DNA of 64,000 bases from a virus: positions 45,251-109,250 of the IMG/VR virus record IMGVR_UViG_3300050821_003619; one strand, 5' to 3'. Positions 7,338 through 16,434 of this stretch are shown piece by piece (within the stretch, counting starts at the first letter, position 1; every line of letters starts with the position of its first letter). A program made the translations under genes and the position numbers. The notes below the pieces were generated by a model. That model was not told the origin of the DNA and did no database searches. It saw only the letters and a list, made by a program, of their open reading frames with translations.

Positions 7338-9170
7338 ATGTTTACTCTGTTTGACTACCAGCAAGAATGTGAACAGGCAGTCATAGACCATAGGAAACAG
7401 GGTATCCTGCAGCAACTGGTTGTGATGGCTACGGGCACAGGGAAGACCGTAGTCTTCTCCAGCATCATTAAGAGAATGCTACCCCTCCTAGGTGGCAAGG
7501 TGCTGGTATTTGCTCACCGTGAAGAGTTAGTTGATCAAGCTATTGACGCAATAAGAGAAATGAATCCCGGCCTTAAGGTCGGCAAGGAGATGGCTAATGA
7601 TTGGGCTGATATTGACTGCGACGTGGTTGTTAGTTGTGTTGCCTCTATTGGCAGGGCTGGGAGTACTAGGCTTACTCGTTTTGGAAGCTTCAATCTCGTT
7701 ATCTGCGATGAAGCGCACCACTCCATCGCGCAAAGCTACCTCAACGTCTTCGAAACCACCGGAGTACTCAAACCGGATTCTAAGGCGTTACTGATTGGTT
7801 TCACCGCTACGCCTAAGCGCCGTAATCTTACGCGTGCCGAGAAGAAAACTGTAACTCTCGATGACGAGCAGATTCTGTCTCTCAAGAGCGTGTATAAAAA
7901 GATTGTATATAGCTTTGACCTTCGCACAGCGGTTAAGAAGGGATGGCTGGCCCCTCCGCGAGGCTTTCGCGTGAAAACGGAGACAAGCCTTGATAATGTC
8001 AAAGTTACTGCCGGGGACTTTCAGCAGGACCAGCTTTCTGAAGCAGTCAACACCCCCGTGCGTAATGCACAAGTGGTCGATGCATGGGAACAATACGGTG
8101 AAGGCCGACAGACTGTGGGTTTTACCGTTGATATCAACCATGCAAAAGACTTGGCAAAAGCTTTCCAGAACCGTGGGCACCGTTTTGAAGCTGTCTGGGG
8201 TAATGACCCTGACCGTTCTGAGAAGCTACGACAACACAAATCCAAACTAATCACCGGCCTGCTAAATGCACAAGTACTAACAGAGGGCTATGACGATTGG
8301 CAAGTTTCGTGTGTAATTAGTGCGGCTCCAACACAAAGCCCTACTAAGTATCCTCAAGAAATTGGGCGTGGCACTCGTCTACAGAAAGGAGCAGGCAACC
8401 TTCTTGAAGCAATTCAGAAAGGGTACGCTCTCTCTAAGGTAGATTGTATTGTGATTGATATCGTTGACAACTATAGGCGCAACACATTGTCCACTCTCCC
8501 GTCCCTTGTTGGGCTCAATCCAGAGTTCGACCTTGGGGGAGAGAGTGCAATTAAAGCCGTAGAGAAACTGGAAGAGTTACAGGAGAAGTATCCCGGCGTA
8601 AACTTTACGCACCTGACTGATCTTAGCAAAGTCAAAGCATATGTAGAGTCTATCGACTTGTTTGCTGATCCATACACAGATGAGATTAAGCAGTTCTCTG
8701 AGTTCACATGGATGCCATTGCAGGACGGTTCGTTTGTTCTGTCTATCCCTGAGGACCAAGAGCTTGTAAAGCAAAAGAGATATTCTCAGTTCAAACACGA
8801 GAAACTTTTTATCCGGTCTAACGAACTGAGTGAATATGAAGTGTGGCACAAGAAGAGCCAGAATGAGAAGAAGCTGATTGAGTTCTCTACTCTGGAAGAG
8901 GCCTTCGCTGAAGCTGATGCTATAATGAAGCGTAGTCCTCGTGTAGCCAACCGGCTAAAGCCGATTACACGTACAGCAGCGTGGCTTGAGTATGCTGCTA
9001 CTCCTGCAGCCAAGAAGTATCTGTCTAAGCTGGCCCGTGGGAAATACGTTAACTGGTGCCTGTGTGATCGATTCGGTAACGCCGGGGAGACCTGCACAGT
9101 GTGCCAGAAACCTATGGGTGTGACGGCTGGGCAAGTAGCAACTGCAATTAATAGATTAAAGGCCAAATAA
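7338..9170 (+). CDS. SF2 DEAH helicase (ResIII/Irc3-like) with C-terminal Cys cluster
   Basis: ATGTGKT Walker A, AHREEL, DEAHH, GFTATP, VLTEGYD, QEIGRGTR; C-terminal CLC...CTVC. Confidence 0.95.
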   Translation: MFTLFDYQQECEQAVIDHRKQGILQQLVVMATGTGKTVVFSSIIKRMLPLLGGKVLVFAHREELVDQAIDAIREMNPGLKVGKEMANDWADIDCDVVVSCVASIGRAGSTRLTRFGSFNLVICDEAHHSIAQSYLNVFETTGVLKPDSKALLIGFTATPKRRNLTRAEKKTVTLDDEQILSLKSVYKKIVYSFDLRTAVKKGWLAPPRGFRVKTETSLDNVKVTAGDFQQDQLSEAVNTPVRNAQVVDAWEQYGEGRQTVGFTVDINHAKDLAKAFQNRGHRFEAVWGNDPDRSEKLRQHKSKLITGLLNAQVLTEGYDDWQVSCVISAAPTQSPTKYPQEIGRGTRLQKGAGNLLEAIQKGYALSKVDCIVIDIVDNYRRNTLSTLPSLVGLNPEFDLGGESAIKAVEKLEELQEKYPGVNFTHLTDLSKVKAYVESIDLFADPYTDEIKQFSEFTWMPLQDGSFVLSIPEDQELVKQKRYSQFKHEKLFIRSNELSEYEVWHKKSQNEKKLIEFSTLEEAFAEADAIMKRSPRVANRLKPITRTAAWLEYAATPAAKKYLSKLARGKYVNWCLCDRFGNAGETCTVCQKPMGVTAGQVATAINRLKAK

Positions 9171-9178
9171 GGAGACCC

Positions 9179-9526
9179 GTGGAAATCCATGAGTTAAACG
9201 AAACTCAGCTAGCGTTGCTTATAAACATTGTGACTCAAAACAACACCTTTGCAGTGGCTTCAATCCCAGAAGGGCACGATGATTACGCAGAAAAAGGCGT
9301 ACACTATGCAGAGGTTGCAAAGGATGTAGAGTACCTAGCCTTTATAGGGTTCATAGAGGACCTGTCAAATAAACCCGGCAGGCATCATGTGCTTAATGAC
9401 ATAGCCAGTAAGTCTACGGGCTACAACTATAAAGCGTACACAGCCACGGAAATGGCATTCTTGATGTTCCAAAGCTACCTTGATGAAACCGAAAAAGAAA
9501 TGAAGTACAAGTACAGCATCAACTAA
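9179..9526 (+). CDS. Hypothetical protein
   Basis: AGGAG SD, GTG start. Confidence 0.65.
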   Translation: MEIHELNETQLALLINIVTQNNTFAVASIPEGHDDYAEKGVHYAEVAKDVEYLAFIGFIEDLSNKPGRHHVLNDIASKSTGYNYKAYTATEMAFLMFQSYLDETEKEMKYKYSIN

Positions 9527-9538
9527 GTAGGAGAATAC

Positions 9539-9790
9539 ATGTTTTATGTGAGCATTTGCACAGTTTGTAACTGTGGACTTTCTGGGGATCGCTATGCTAG
9601 GGATCACTCCAATTCTCAATGCCGGGAGTTCATGAGACTTCGTGAACACTACAACGTTCCAATGACTATGAGAATTGACCAAGAAGACTTCTCTCTGGCA
9701 TTAGTTGTAGAAAAGGAATTGGGACATTTACCAAAACCAAAGAAGAAGCTGAACAGTACGCACAAAAGGAAAATTTATGAGCAAGATTGA
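9539..9790 (+). CDS. Small Zn-finger-like protein
   Basis: AGGAG SD; CTVCNC...H...C. Confidence 0.6.
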   Translation: MFYVSICTVCNCGLSGDRYARDHSNSQCREFMRLREHYNVPMTMRIDQEDFSLALVVEKELGHLPKPKKKLNSTHKRKIYEQD

Positions 9791-10304
9791 AGACGAAATT
9801 TCAAGACTGCATAGTGACATAACTGACAACGATCTATCAGTGCAGCACATTGAGTATGACCCTTATGGGCAACCCAACAGCCAAAACGCTATAAACCGTG
9901 CTCAGTTGGAAAACCTAACAGTAGTGTTCCCTCAACCTTACGAATTGTTTATAGATTTGGATAATGAACACAGTTATCAAATGTTCATTCGTTTATTCCA
10001 GATTTTTCTGAAGTTTGTTGATGGAGATGCGTCGTTTACAGAACGTCCTTCAAAGAGTGGTTTACCTAAACGTCACGTTACTGTGTACATGAGTAGAGAT
10101 GTAAAGGATGAAACTGAGCGCGTGATGTTTCAAGCGTTCCTTGGCTCAGATCGTGTACGCGAGCTTCTTGGTTATGTGCAGGCAGCCAACGGTGATCCAC
10201 ACCCCACTCTGTTTTTAGAGAAAGGACAAGACGTTTTACCTGCTGCACCTGAGCGTGCTATGCTTACTGGTGAAATCCTGAGTGATTCAGATATTCCTTT
10301 TTAA
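9777..10304 (+). CDS. Hypothetical protein
   Basis: LFIDLD...SKSG...H motifs are weakly AEP/primase-like; ends DSDIPF. Confidence 0.65.
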   Translation: MSKIEDEISRLHSDITDNDLSVQHIEYDPYGQPNSQNAINRAQLENLTVVFPQPYELFIDLDNEHSYQMFIRLFQIFLKFVDGDASFTERPSKSGLPKRHVTVYMSRDVKDETERVMFQAFLGSDRVRELLGYVQAANGDPHPTLFLEKGQDVLPAAPERAMLTGEILSDSDIPF

Positions 10305-10451
10305 CATGCACATCATACTATTCGTTTTACTCAGTGTGCCAAAGAAGGTAGCACATATGGTAAAAATGGGCGCAATCACAGTAGTGAAGGCCTACTCTCC
10401 TGATGGTGACCCTTATGCGGCTTCACAGAAAAAGAAAGATCATGGATACTA

Positions 10452-12512
10452 ATGTCAAGAGCGATACCCGAGGAATTACGCAATAGCGCAGGCTTACAGT
10501 ATATTGTAAGCAAAGGATGGGACTGGGAAGGTCCTTCTTCTGGACAAGTAAAAGTGCGTGAGTGTCCCATCTGTCATAAAGGTGACTACAAATTCCTAAT
10601 GAACGTCAGTAGTCCCGAGCAGGGTTCCAGAGACGGACTTTTTATGTGTTTCCATGGAAGCTGCGGAGCAACTGGGAACTTAGTAAAGTTAAAAGAACTG
10701 ATGGGGGACCGTATAGCTGGTGTTCAATCCCGTGGAGATTGGGCCGGTAAGAAGGACAACAAACCTCCTGATCAACTACCAGATGTTGAAGTATGCCACG
10801 CTACCCTGCTAGGTGACGCCGAGGCTATGGATTACCTTATCCATGAGCGCGGGTTCACCGAAGAGATTATCAGGCAACAGAAACTAGGTATCAAAGAGAA
10901 GCAGTGGTTCAGAGAGGCCGGTGAAACCAGAGCGCTGGTGTACCCTTATTTGGTAAATGGTAACATCGTATACGCCAAGTATCGTACTCTGCCTCCTGAT
11001 CCTAAAGATTTCAGTGCTCCATCGGGCTGGGAGGCCCCACTGTATAATGGACAAATCCTCCAAGAAGGTCTTAAAGAAGTTATCTTCGTTGAAGGCGAAG
11101 CCAATGCAGTCGGAATGCTCTCGCATGGTATTAGCTGCGTTTGCGGAGTGCCGGGAGCCAATGTTAAGAAAGCTGCTTGGATTGAAGCCCTTGATCAAAT
11201 AGCACCAGAGAGGATTTATATATTCTATGACCACGACAAAGCAGGCAACAAAGCGGCACAAGAAATCGCCTCGCGTATCGGCATCGACAAGTGCCTCAAA
11301 ATCACGCTTCCTGCCTTTGAGGTGCAAGTACCCCTCGATGAGTGCAAGCTATGTGGAGAAGATGGACTCGATGTTAAAACAGGGCAACCCTGCTCTCATA
11401 GAAGAAGCGGCAAAGATTTTAATGAGTGGTTCCAAAAGGGAAAAGGTACGCTTGAAGGTTTTGAAGAGCTTAAAGAAAAAGCGAAACTCTTCGATGTCAC
11501 AGGCGTCACGTCCTCGAAAGACGCGTTAGAGCAATTAGAGGACGAACTTGCTGGTAAAGAGGACCTTGCCCCAAAGTACGTTACGCAGTATCCAGCACTA
11601 AACATGCTGGTAGGATTTGAAGATGGGGACATTGTAGATATCGTTGCACCGGGCAAGATTGGCAAAACTACTTTTGGTTTGAATTTAATTGACCATATGG
11701 TAGCTACATACGGTGAAGACGGGCTGGTCGTGTGCTTAGAAATGACTCAGGCACGACTGGCCCGTAAGTGGGTGAGCATTGTTACAGGGTTCGAAGAAGT
11801 GCCGCATCCACCCGGAAGCGATGAAGCCAAAGCTAAGCTTGCTGAATTGAAAGACTCAGTGATCAAAGCGAAGGAAATTCAACGTGAACGTGGAGCCGAC
11901 CTATACTTCGCGTACCCTCAACTTGTGAAAGAGCCAGAGGATGTTTTCAAGCTTATTAGAGATTGTATCCGTCGCTACGGCGTTAAGTGGGTCATGTTTG
12001 ATAACCTACAGCGTCTGTGTGATGATACTCTCAAGCATCAAGGTCACAGAACCGTCCATCTCTCCCAAATAAGCAAAGGGTTCGCTAAGCTAGCCAAGGA
12101 TTACAAAATAAAGCTGATCCGCATTGTGCAGCCTAAGCAAATCGATGCCGGTGAAGTGATCACCTCTCGCAGCGTAGATGGTTCATCACAAATTGAGAAA
12201 GATTGTGATGCTCAGATTCTATTGTGGAGAAAAAGCCTGAATAGCCCCAAAGCTAGTCAATATGATGATGAGCAAGAATCGGGAGAAGAAAAGCAGGAAA
12301 TCTTCGATAAAGATATGAAGGTTACGGTGTCTCTATCCCGCTATAGTTCTGGGGGCTGGTGCTGGCTTGTATTTGATGGCGCACGCTCTACGGTAAAATC
12401 GAAAGTAACTACTAAGGACAAGCAAAACTTTAATGCTATCATAAACGGTGCCGTGCCTGTAGAGGCTAGCCCAACTCCGATAGCTATACCTCAGGAAGAA
12501 ATAAATGTTTAA
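10452..12512 (+). CDS. Primase-helicase (T7 gp4/Twinkle type)
   Basis: N-terminal Zn finger (CPIC...CFHGSC), TOPRIM (FVEGE, YDHDKAG, KDFNEW), SF4 helicase (APGKIGKTT, LEM, FDNL, VQPK, GSSQIEKDCD). Confidence 0.93.
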   Translation: MSRAIPEELRNSAGLQYIVSKGWDWEGPSSGQVKVRECPICHKGDYKFLMNVSSPEQGSRDGLFMCFHGSCGATGNLVKLKELMGDRIAGVQSRGDWAGKKDNKPPDQLPDVEVCHATLLGDAEAMDYLIHERGFTEEIIRQQKLGIKEKQWFREAGETRALVYPYLVNGNIVYAKYRTLPPDPKDFSAPSGWEAPLYNGQILQEGLKEVIFVEGEANAVGMLSHGISCVCGVPGANVKKAAWIEALDQIAPERIYIFYDHDKAGNKAAQEIASRIGIDKCLKITLPAFEVQVPLDECKLCGEDGLDVKTGQPCSHRRSGKDFNEWFQKGKGTLEGFEELKEKAKLFDVTGVTSSKDALEQLEDELAGKEDLAPKYVTQYPALNMLVGFEDGDIVDIVAPGKIGKTTFGLNLIDHMVATYGEDGLVVCLEMTQARLARKWVSIVTGFEEVPHPPGSDEAKAKLAELKDSVIKAKEIQRERGADLYFAYPQLVKEPEDVFKLIRDCIRRYGVKWVMFDNLQRLCDDTLKHQGHRTVHLSQISKGFAKLAKDYKIKLIRIVQPKQIDAGEVITSRSVDGSSQIEKDCDAQILLWRKSLNSPKASQYDDEQESGEEKQEIFDKDMKVTVSLSRYSSGGWCWLVFDGARSTVKSKVTTKDKQNFNAIINGAVPVEASPTPIAIPQEEINV

Positions 12513-12870
12513 CGAAATTGACCGTATTGCAGCCTTATCTGTGATTGTAGGTATAGGCGCAGCGTTCTCAGCAGCACTGTATTACACATTGAAACCACCA
12601 ACACAACCAACACAAAGGACACAAGACGTGGATAAGAATCTGACTATTGCAACTTACATTAAGCAGTTCGTGAACGACCGTGCAACCTCAAATGAGCCTC
12701 ACTTCTTTGCCAACGCATTGCGTGAGTTCGTCTCCACCAATTCGGGCACTATTCCTGCACCCGGCACCACTGATCGTATCCTTCGTAAGCTTCGTCAGAA
12801 GGGCGAGATCGATTACGCAGTGGAAAACCGTAAGCTGTCCTATTACCTTGCTAAGCCGGTAGTGAAGTGA
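12505..12870 (+). CDS. Membrane-anchored winged-helix-like hypothetical protein
   Basis: N-terminal TM; APGTTDRILRKLRQKGEIDY motif. Confidence 0.6.
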   Translation: MFNEIDRIAALSVIVGIGAAFSAALYYTLKPPTQPTQRTQDVDKNLTIATYIKQFVNDRATSNEPHFFANALREFVSTNSGTIPAPGTTDRILRKLRQKGEIDYAVENRKLSYYLAKPVVK

Positions 12871-13349
12871 TTTATATCGGCATTGATCCCGGTTTATCGG
12901 GAGCCGTTGCGATTATTGACGGCACAGATGTAAAGCTGTTTGATACACCCACGGCTGAAACTGGAAAAGGCAGCAAGAGAGACTATCTGATTGCCAATAT
13001 GTCTGACATCCTAAGGACTACTCAGCCCTTTTACATGTTTGCCGTATTAGAGGCTGTGCACTCCATGCCTAAACAAGGGGTAGCTTCTAGTTTTAGTTTT
13101 GGTCGTGGGTTGGGTATCTGGGAAGGCATCCTATCGGCGCATAGTATACCGTATGCTAAGGTAGCTCCTCAGACTTGGAAGAAAGCTATGTTAGGGGACA
13201 TGCCGAGAGACAATAAAGACTCATCTCGCATAGCAGCCACCCGGCTGTTCCCTAATGCATCAGACATGCTGGCACGTAAGAAAGATGACGGAAGAGCCGA
13301 GGCACTTTTGATGGCAGAATATGGAAAGAGACTAAGAGGAAAAGCATGA
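12867..13349 (+). CDS. RuvC-like Holliday junction resolvase
   Basis: IGIDPGLSGA, VLEAV, SSFSFGRG, PQTWKK, DGRAEALLMA. Confidence 0.92.
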   Translation: MIYIGIDPGLSGAVAIIDGTDVKLFDTPTAETGKGSKRDYLIANMSDILRTTQPFYMFAVLEAVHSMPKQGVASSFSFGRGLGIWEGILSAHSIPYAKVAPQTWKKAMLGDMPRDNKDSSRIAATRLFPNASDMLARKKDDGRAEALLMAEYGKRLRGKA

Positions 13350-13510
13350 AAATTTATAAAATTGATATTAGCCACAAACAATGGGGCAACAACTGGGACT
13401 CACAAAAAATCGCGGCACGTAATTTTAATGAAGTTGTACGTAAGATTAAAAAGACACTTGGTCGCAATGAAAATATAGAGAGTGTACAGGTACTGGCCTC
13501 TACCAACTAA
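13346..13510 (+). CDS. Small hypothetical protein (54 aa, not in ORF track)
   Basis: MKIYKIDISHKQWG...; ATGA and TAATG overlaps with neighbours; GAGGA SD. Confidence 0.6.
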   Translation: MKIYKIDISHKQWGNNWDSQKIAARNFNEVVRKIKKTLGRNENIESVQVLASTN

Positions 13511-13929
13511 TGATTGATAAGTCCGAGAAGTATAAGCGCGTCTTCGAAGACGTGCGAGCCCTCTACTTAGTTGTGCGCGAGGCCCAAGAGGAACGTGGTT
13601 TACCGCTACGTAGGGCAGCGATTCGTTCCAATGGGGAAGTAGCCGCTGAAGCAATTGATTTTCTATGCGATGTAGAACTTAAAGCCAAGCGGGTGCTTCC
13701 TCCGGTAGAATTCGATATGTTACAATTAGGTCTGGAAATTACTTCCGGGTCCAAATCGGCGCTAGGCGAAGTATTCCTAAAATGCAAACTGGGAGTAAGC
13801 GGTGATTATAAAAGCCTCTATTTCCACACAAAGCAAGTGATGGATGGACAGCCGTTAAACAGCATAGAGTTCGGCAAGGTGTCTGATCCTGCACCGTCAC
13901 TGGAAGACTACGATAGGAGAACTGCGTAA
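13510..13929 (+). CDS. Hypothetical protein
   Basis: Coupled to neighbours by TAATG overlaps. Confidence 0.65.
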   Translation: MIDKSEKYKRVFEDVRALYLVVREAQEERGLPLRRAAIRSNGEVAAEAIDFLCDVELKAKRVLPPVEFDMLQLGLEITSGSKSALGEVFLKCKLGVSGDYKSLYFHTKQVMDGQPLNSIEFGKVSDPAPSLEDYDRRTA

Positions 13930-14099
13930 TGAGTTATGATTTAAAAGCAACCGAGTTAGAATTTCTTCAATATTTCTATAGCGCAGCAGGAGAGTGCTTT
14001 GGTCCTGCCGACAATGAAATATACCAAGCAATAAAAGAAAATTTTAAGAAGTGGAAAGGTAAGGAATTACCTGATGGATACGCAATCGAACAGTGCTGA
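13929..14099 (+). CDS. Small hypothetical protein (56 aa, not in ORF track)
   Basis: MSYDLKATELEFLQYFY...; AGGAG SD; TAATG overlap. Confidence 0.6.
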   Translation: MSYDLKATELEFLQYFYSAAGECFGPADNEIYQAIKENFKKWKGKELPDGYAIEQC

Positions 14100-14580
14100 G
14101 GTGCACCTTACAGCAGAGAACGTAGAAAATACCGATTTAGAGCATTTGAAAGAAGTGCCAGAGAAACCAAAGCAATTAACCAGAGCCGAAATTGGTAAAC
14201 TTCGTAGAGCATATATTACTGTGGTGCACGGCATCGTAAAAGCCTGTGGGCACAAGTTTGATCCCAAGGGTCAACCACGAATGTCAAATTGTCCATGGTG
14301 CTGGGAAGCGTATTTTATGGTGGCTGTAGATACGGCTGCTATCCACAACGATCTAATGAAGGGCGGGAAGAAGGCTCTGGAGGCAAAATTCGGCAAGACG
14401 TTCGTTAAGCAGTTTGGACAATTCCTGATTGAGCAGATGACGAAGGAAATGCATGAGAACAACAGTAGACCCACAAATAGTGATAGTGGAAGCACAGATC
14501 AACATACACACAGCGATCAATGCGATCATGGAGTTCGCGGTGAAGTACCCAGCGGAGAGACTCAGCCCATTGGAGGCTGA
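14074..14580 (+). CDS. Hypothetical protein with CGH...CxxC Zn motif
   Basis: ACGHKF...NCPWCW. Confidence 0.65.
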   Translation: MDTQSNSAEVHLTAENVENTDLEHLKEVPEKPKQLTRAEIGKLRRAYITVVHGIVKACGHKFDPKGQPRMSNCPWCWEAYFMVAVDTAAIHNDLMKGGKKALEAKFGKTFVKQFGQFLIEQMTKEMHENNSRPTNSDSGSTDQHTHSDQCDHGVRGEVPSGETQPIGG

Positions 14581-14758
14581 ACAACTTGAATACGCTGCAG
14601 GACGAATAAGAGAACGTATAAGCAAACACTATGCTGAGGAGAGCAATGGGAGAGATACTGGAATTCAAACGACCGGAACCGAAGATGCCTTCAAAGAAGC
14701 CTATAGACGCATCAATCCCGATAGTCTCCTCGATCACCACGGAGGAGACGGCAGATAG
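14453..14758 (+). CDS. Hypothetical protein overlapping both neighbours
   Basis: AAGGA SD; amphipathic helical core. Confidence 0.5.
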   Translation: MRTTVDPQIVIVEAQINIHTAINAIMEFAVKYPAERLSPLEAEQLEYAAGRIRERISKHYAEESNGRDTGIQTTGTEDAFKEAYRRINPDSLLDHHGGDGR

Positions 14759-14990
14759 TCTTCCACGTAAAGTACTAGAAGATGTGCTTGAGTTTGCCGA
14801 TGACATAGCTGATATTCTGATTATGGTCAGAGGCACGGACGGTACGTTAGGGTTCGTTACAAGCACAGATGGGTTTGAATCAAGCTTAGCTTTAATTGAA
14901 TCCGTAAAATTTGGAATGCTCTTAAACAACGCAGTTAATAGCGGGTATAACCCCGGCACGGGGGACACTCCTCCGAAAGGATCAGCTTAA
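14646..14990 (+). CDS. Hypothetical protein
   Basis: GAGGAG SD before ATG at 14646 (MGEILEFKRP). Confidence 0.65.
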   Translation: MGEILEFKRPEPKMPSKKPIDASIPIVSSITTEETADSLPRKVLEDVLEFADDIADILIMVRGTDGTLGFVTSTDGFESSLALIESVKFGMLLNNAVNSGYNPGTGDTPPKGSA

Positions 14991-16387
14991 TGCTCAAAAA
15001 ACTTTTATTGTTCTTGTTCGTCGTAGCTTGTACGGTAACCGGTGTAGCCCAGATGGGAACAGGCATTTCCCAATTTGCAACGGCTGTCACCGGAGATAAC
15101 TTCGCACTATGCAGTGTATCCACGGGACGAAACTGCTTTAACCTTAGTGGTCCTGCATCTCCTGTGACCTTTACCAAGGTTGGGGCAGGTGTGGATAAAT
15201 TCGCTCTTGCTTTGGATGTGAACGGAAACATCTACAAGTTTAACGAATACCCGTCTGGAATCTGGACGGCTCTGCCTAATTTGGGAACTGGTTACAAAGG
15301 CATTGCTGTAGGAGACGCTAATCACGTCTACGTTCTAAAGAATGCCCGAGGAGCCGACTTTTACATCTACCAGCTAAACATGTCTACTGGAGCGCTGACA
15401 GCAGTCGCCGGAGGAGCAGGACAGCAGATTTCTGCCAAGGGCTCAACCGTAACAACCGCCATTAGCAACGGGGACGCTTTTGTAAGTCAAAACGGGGGAG
15501 AGTGGACTCTACTCCCGTGTGTCGGATGTTGGCGGTATGTTTCTCCGGCTTCTATTGGATACAGTGATTTTGTAGGTGCTAAAACCGATGAAAGTCTTTG
15601 GTACTACAACGGGAGCACTTTGAAACAAATTACTCCCGGTGGAGGATTGGCTATAGAAATGTCGCTCGAAGGCGATATCTATGTCATTGGCGGGGATAAT
15701 CCTGATCACATCTATCACTTGATCCTGTACAACTTCCTTAGCGGGAAAATAGCATGGGATGAGCTTGGTGGTGGACCTATGAGTGCCATCGCTACTGGCG
15801 GTACGATGTTCAACTGGTTCATTGGACCCCCGGTGAACGGATACACTATCTATCGCTTCGCAGACCAAGCTATCGGTGGACAAACAACTTTAACCGAAAA
15901 TTCTGTACAATGCTCTGGTCCCGGCTGTCCGGCGACTCACGTAGGAAAAACTTCGGCAGGACTGAACTTGTCTTCTAGTAATACTCCCAGTCCCAATACG
16001 GTTCCCGGCTCTCTTACTCAATGGACCGGTAATCCTACCAATCCGTTCAACATTAAATCGATTGCATGGGATAGTAACCCTTTCGATTGTTTAGATGATT
16101 TTGGTTGCAACATGATTTTCGACAATTCCACAGTGAACTGCAGCGTGCTTGGAAACATCGACAATCAGACTCTGGCAGATGGTGGACCATTGCCCTTGTG
16201 CCCTCCAGACAATCAATGCTGTTCTCTGGCGGACCCCGGCAACAAGAGCCTGCATCAATGCAGTGCGTTTTGTCCGCAGTATTGTCCTCCTCCACCACCA
16301 AAGCCGCCTGTTCCACCAACTCCTCCGAAGCCGAAGCCTACACCGCTTCCTCTTCCGTATCCTTGTAAGATTCATTGCCGCAAGTAA
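14990..16387 (+). CDS. Secreted beta-propeller/tectonin-like (lectin-like) protein with Cys-rich and Pro-rich C-terminus
   Basis: Signal peptide; ~35-40 aa repeats (ALDVNGNIY..W, IAVGDANHVY, EGDIYVIG..DHIY..W); C-terminal DGGPLPLC..CCSL and PPPPKPP tract. Confidence 0.65.
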   Translation: MLKKLLLFLFVVACTVTGVAQMGTGISQFATAVTGDNFALCSVSTGRNCFNLSGPASPVTFTKVGAGVDKFALALDVNGNIYKFNEYPSGIWTALPNLGTGYKGIAVGDANHVYVLKNARGADFYIYQLNMSTGALTAVAGGAGQQISAKGSTVTTAISNGDAFVSQNGGEWTLLPCVGCWRYVSPASIGYSDFVGAKTDESLWYYNGSTLKQITPGGGLAIEMSLEGDIYVIGGDNPDHIYHLILYNFLSGKIAWDELGGGPMSAIATGGTMFNWFIGPPVNGYTIYRFADQAIGGQTTLTENSVQCSGPGCPATHVGKTSAGLNLSSSNTPSPNTVPGSLTQWTGNPTNPFNIKSIAWDSNPFDCLDDFGCNMIFDNSTVNCSVLGNIDNQTLADGGPLPLCPPDNQCCSLADPGNKSLHQCSAFCPQYCPPPPPKPPVPPTPPKPKPTPLPLPYPCKIHCRK

Positions 16388-16393
16388 CCTAAT

Positions 16394-16415
16394 GGGGAGC
16401 CCTACGGGGCTCCTC
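16394..16415 (+). terminator. Stable hairpin (cUACGg loop) after the lectin-like gene
   Basis: GGGGAGCCC-TACG-GGGCTCCTC; no clear U-tract. Confidence 0.55.
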
Positions 16416-16434
16416 TAACTTAGAAAGGCATAGA

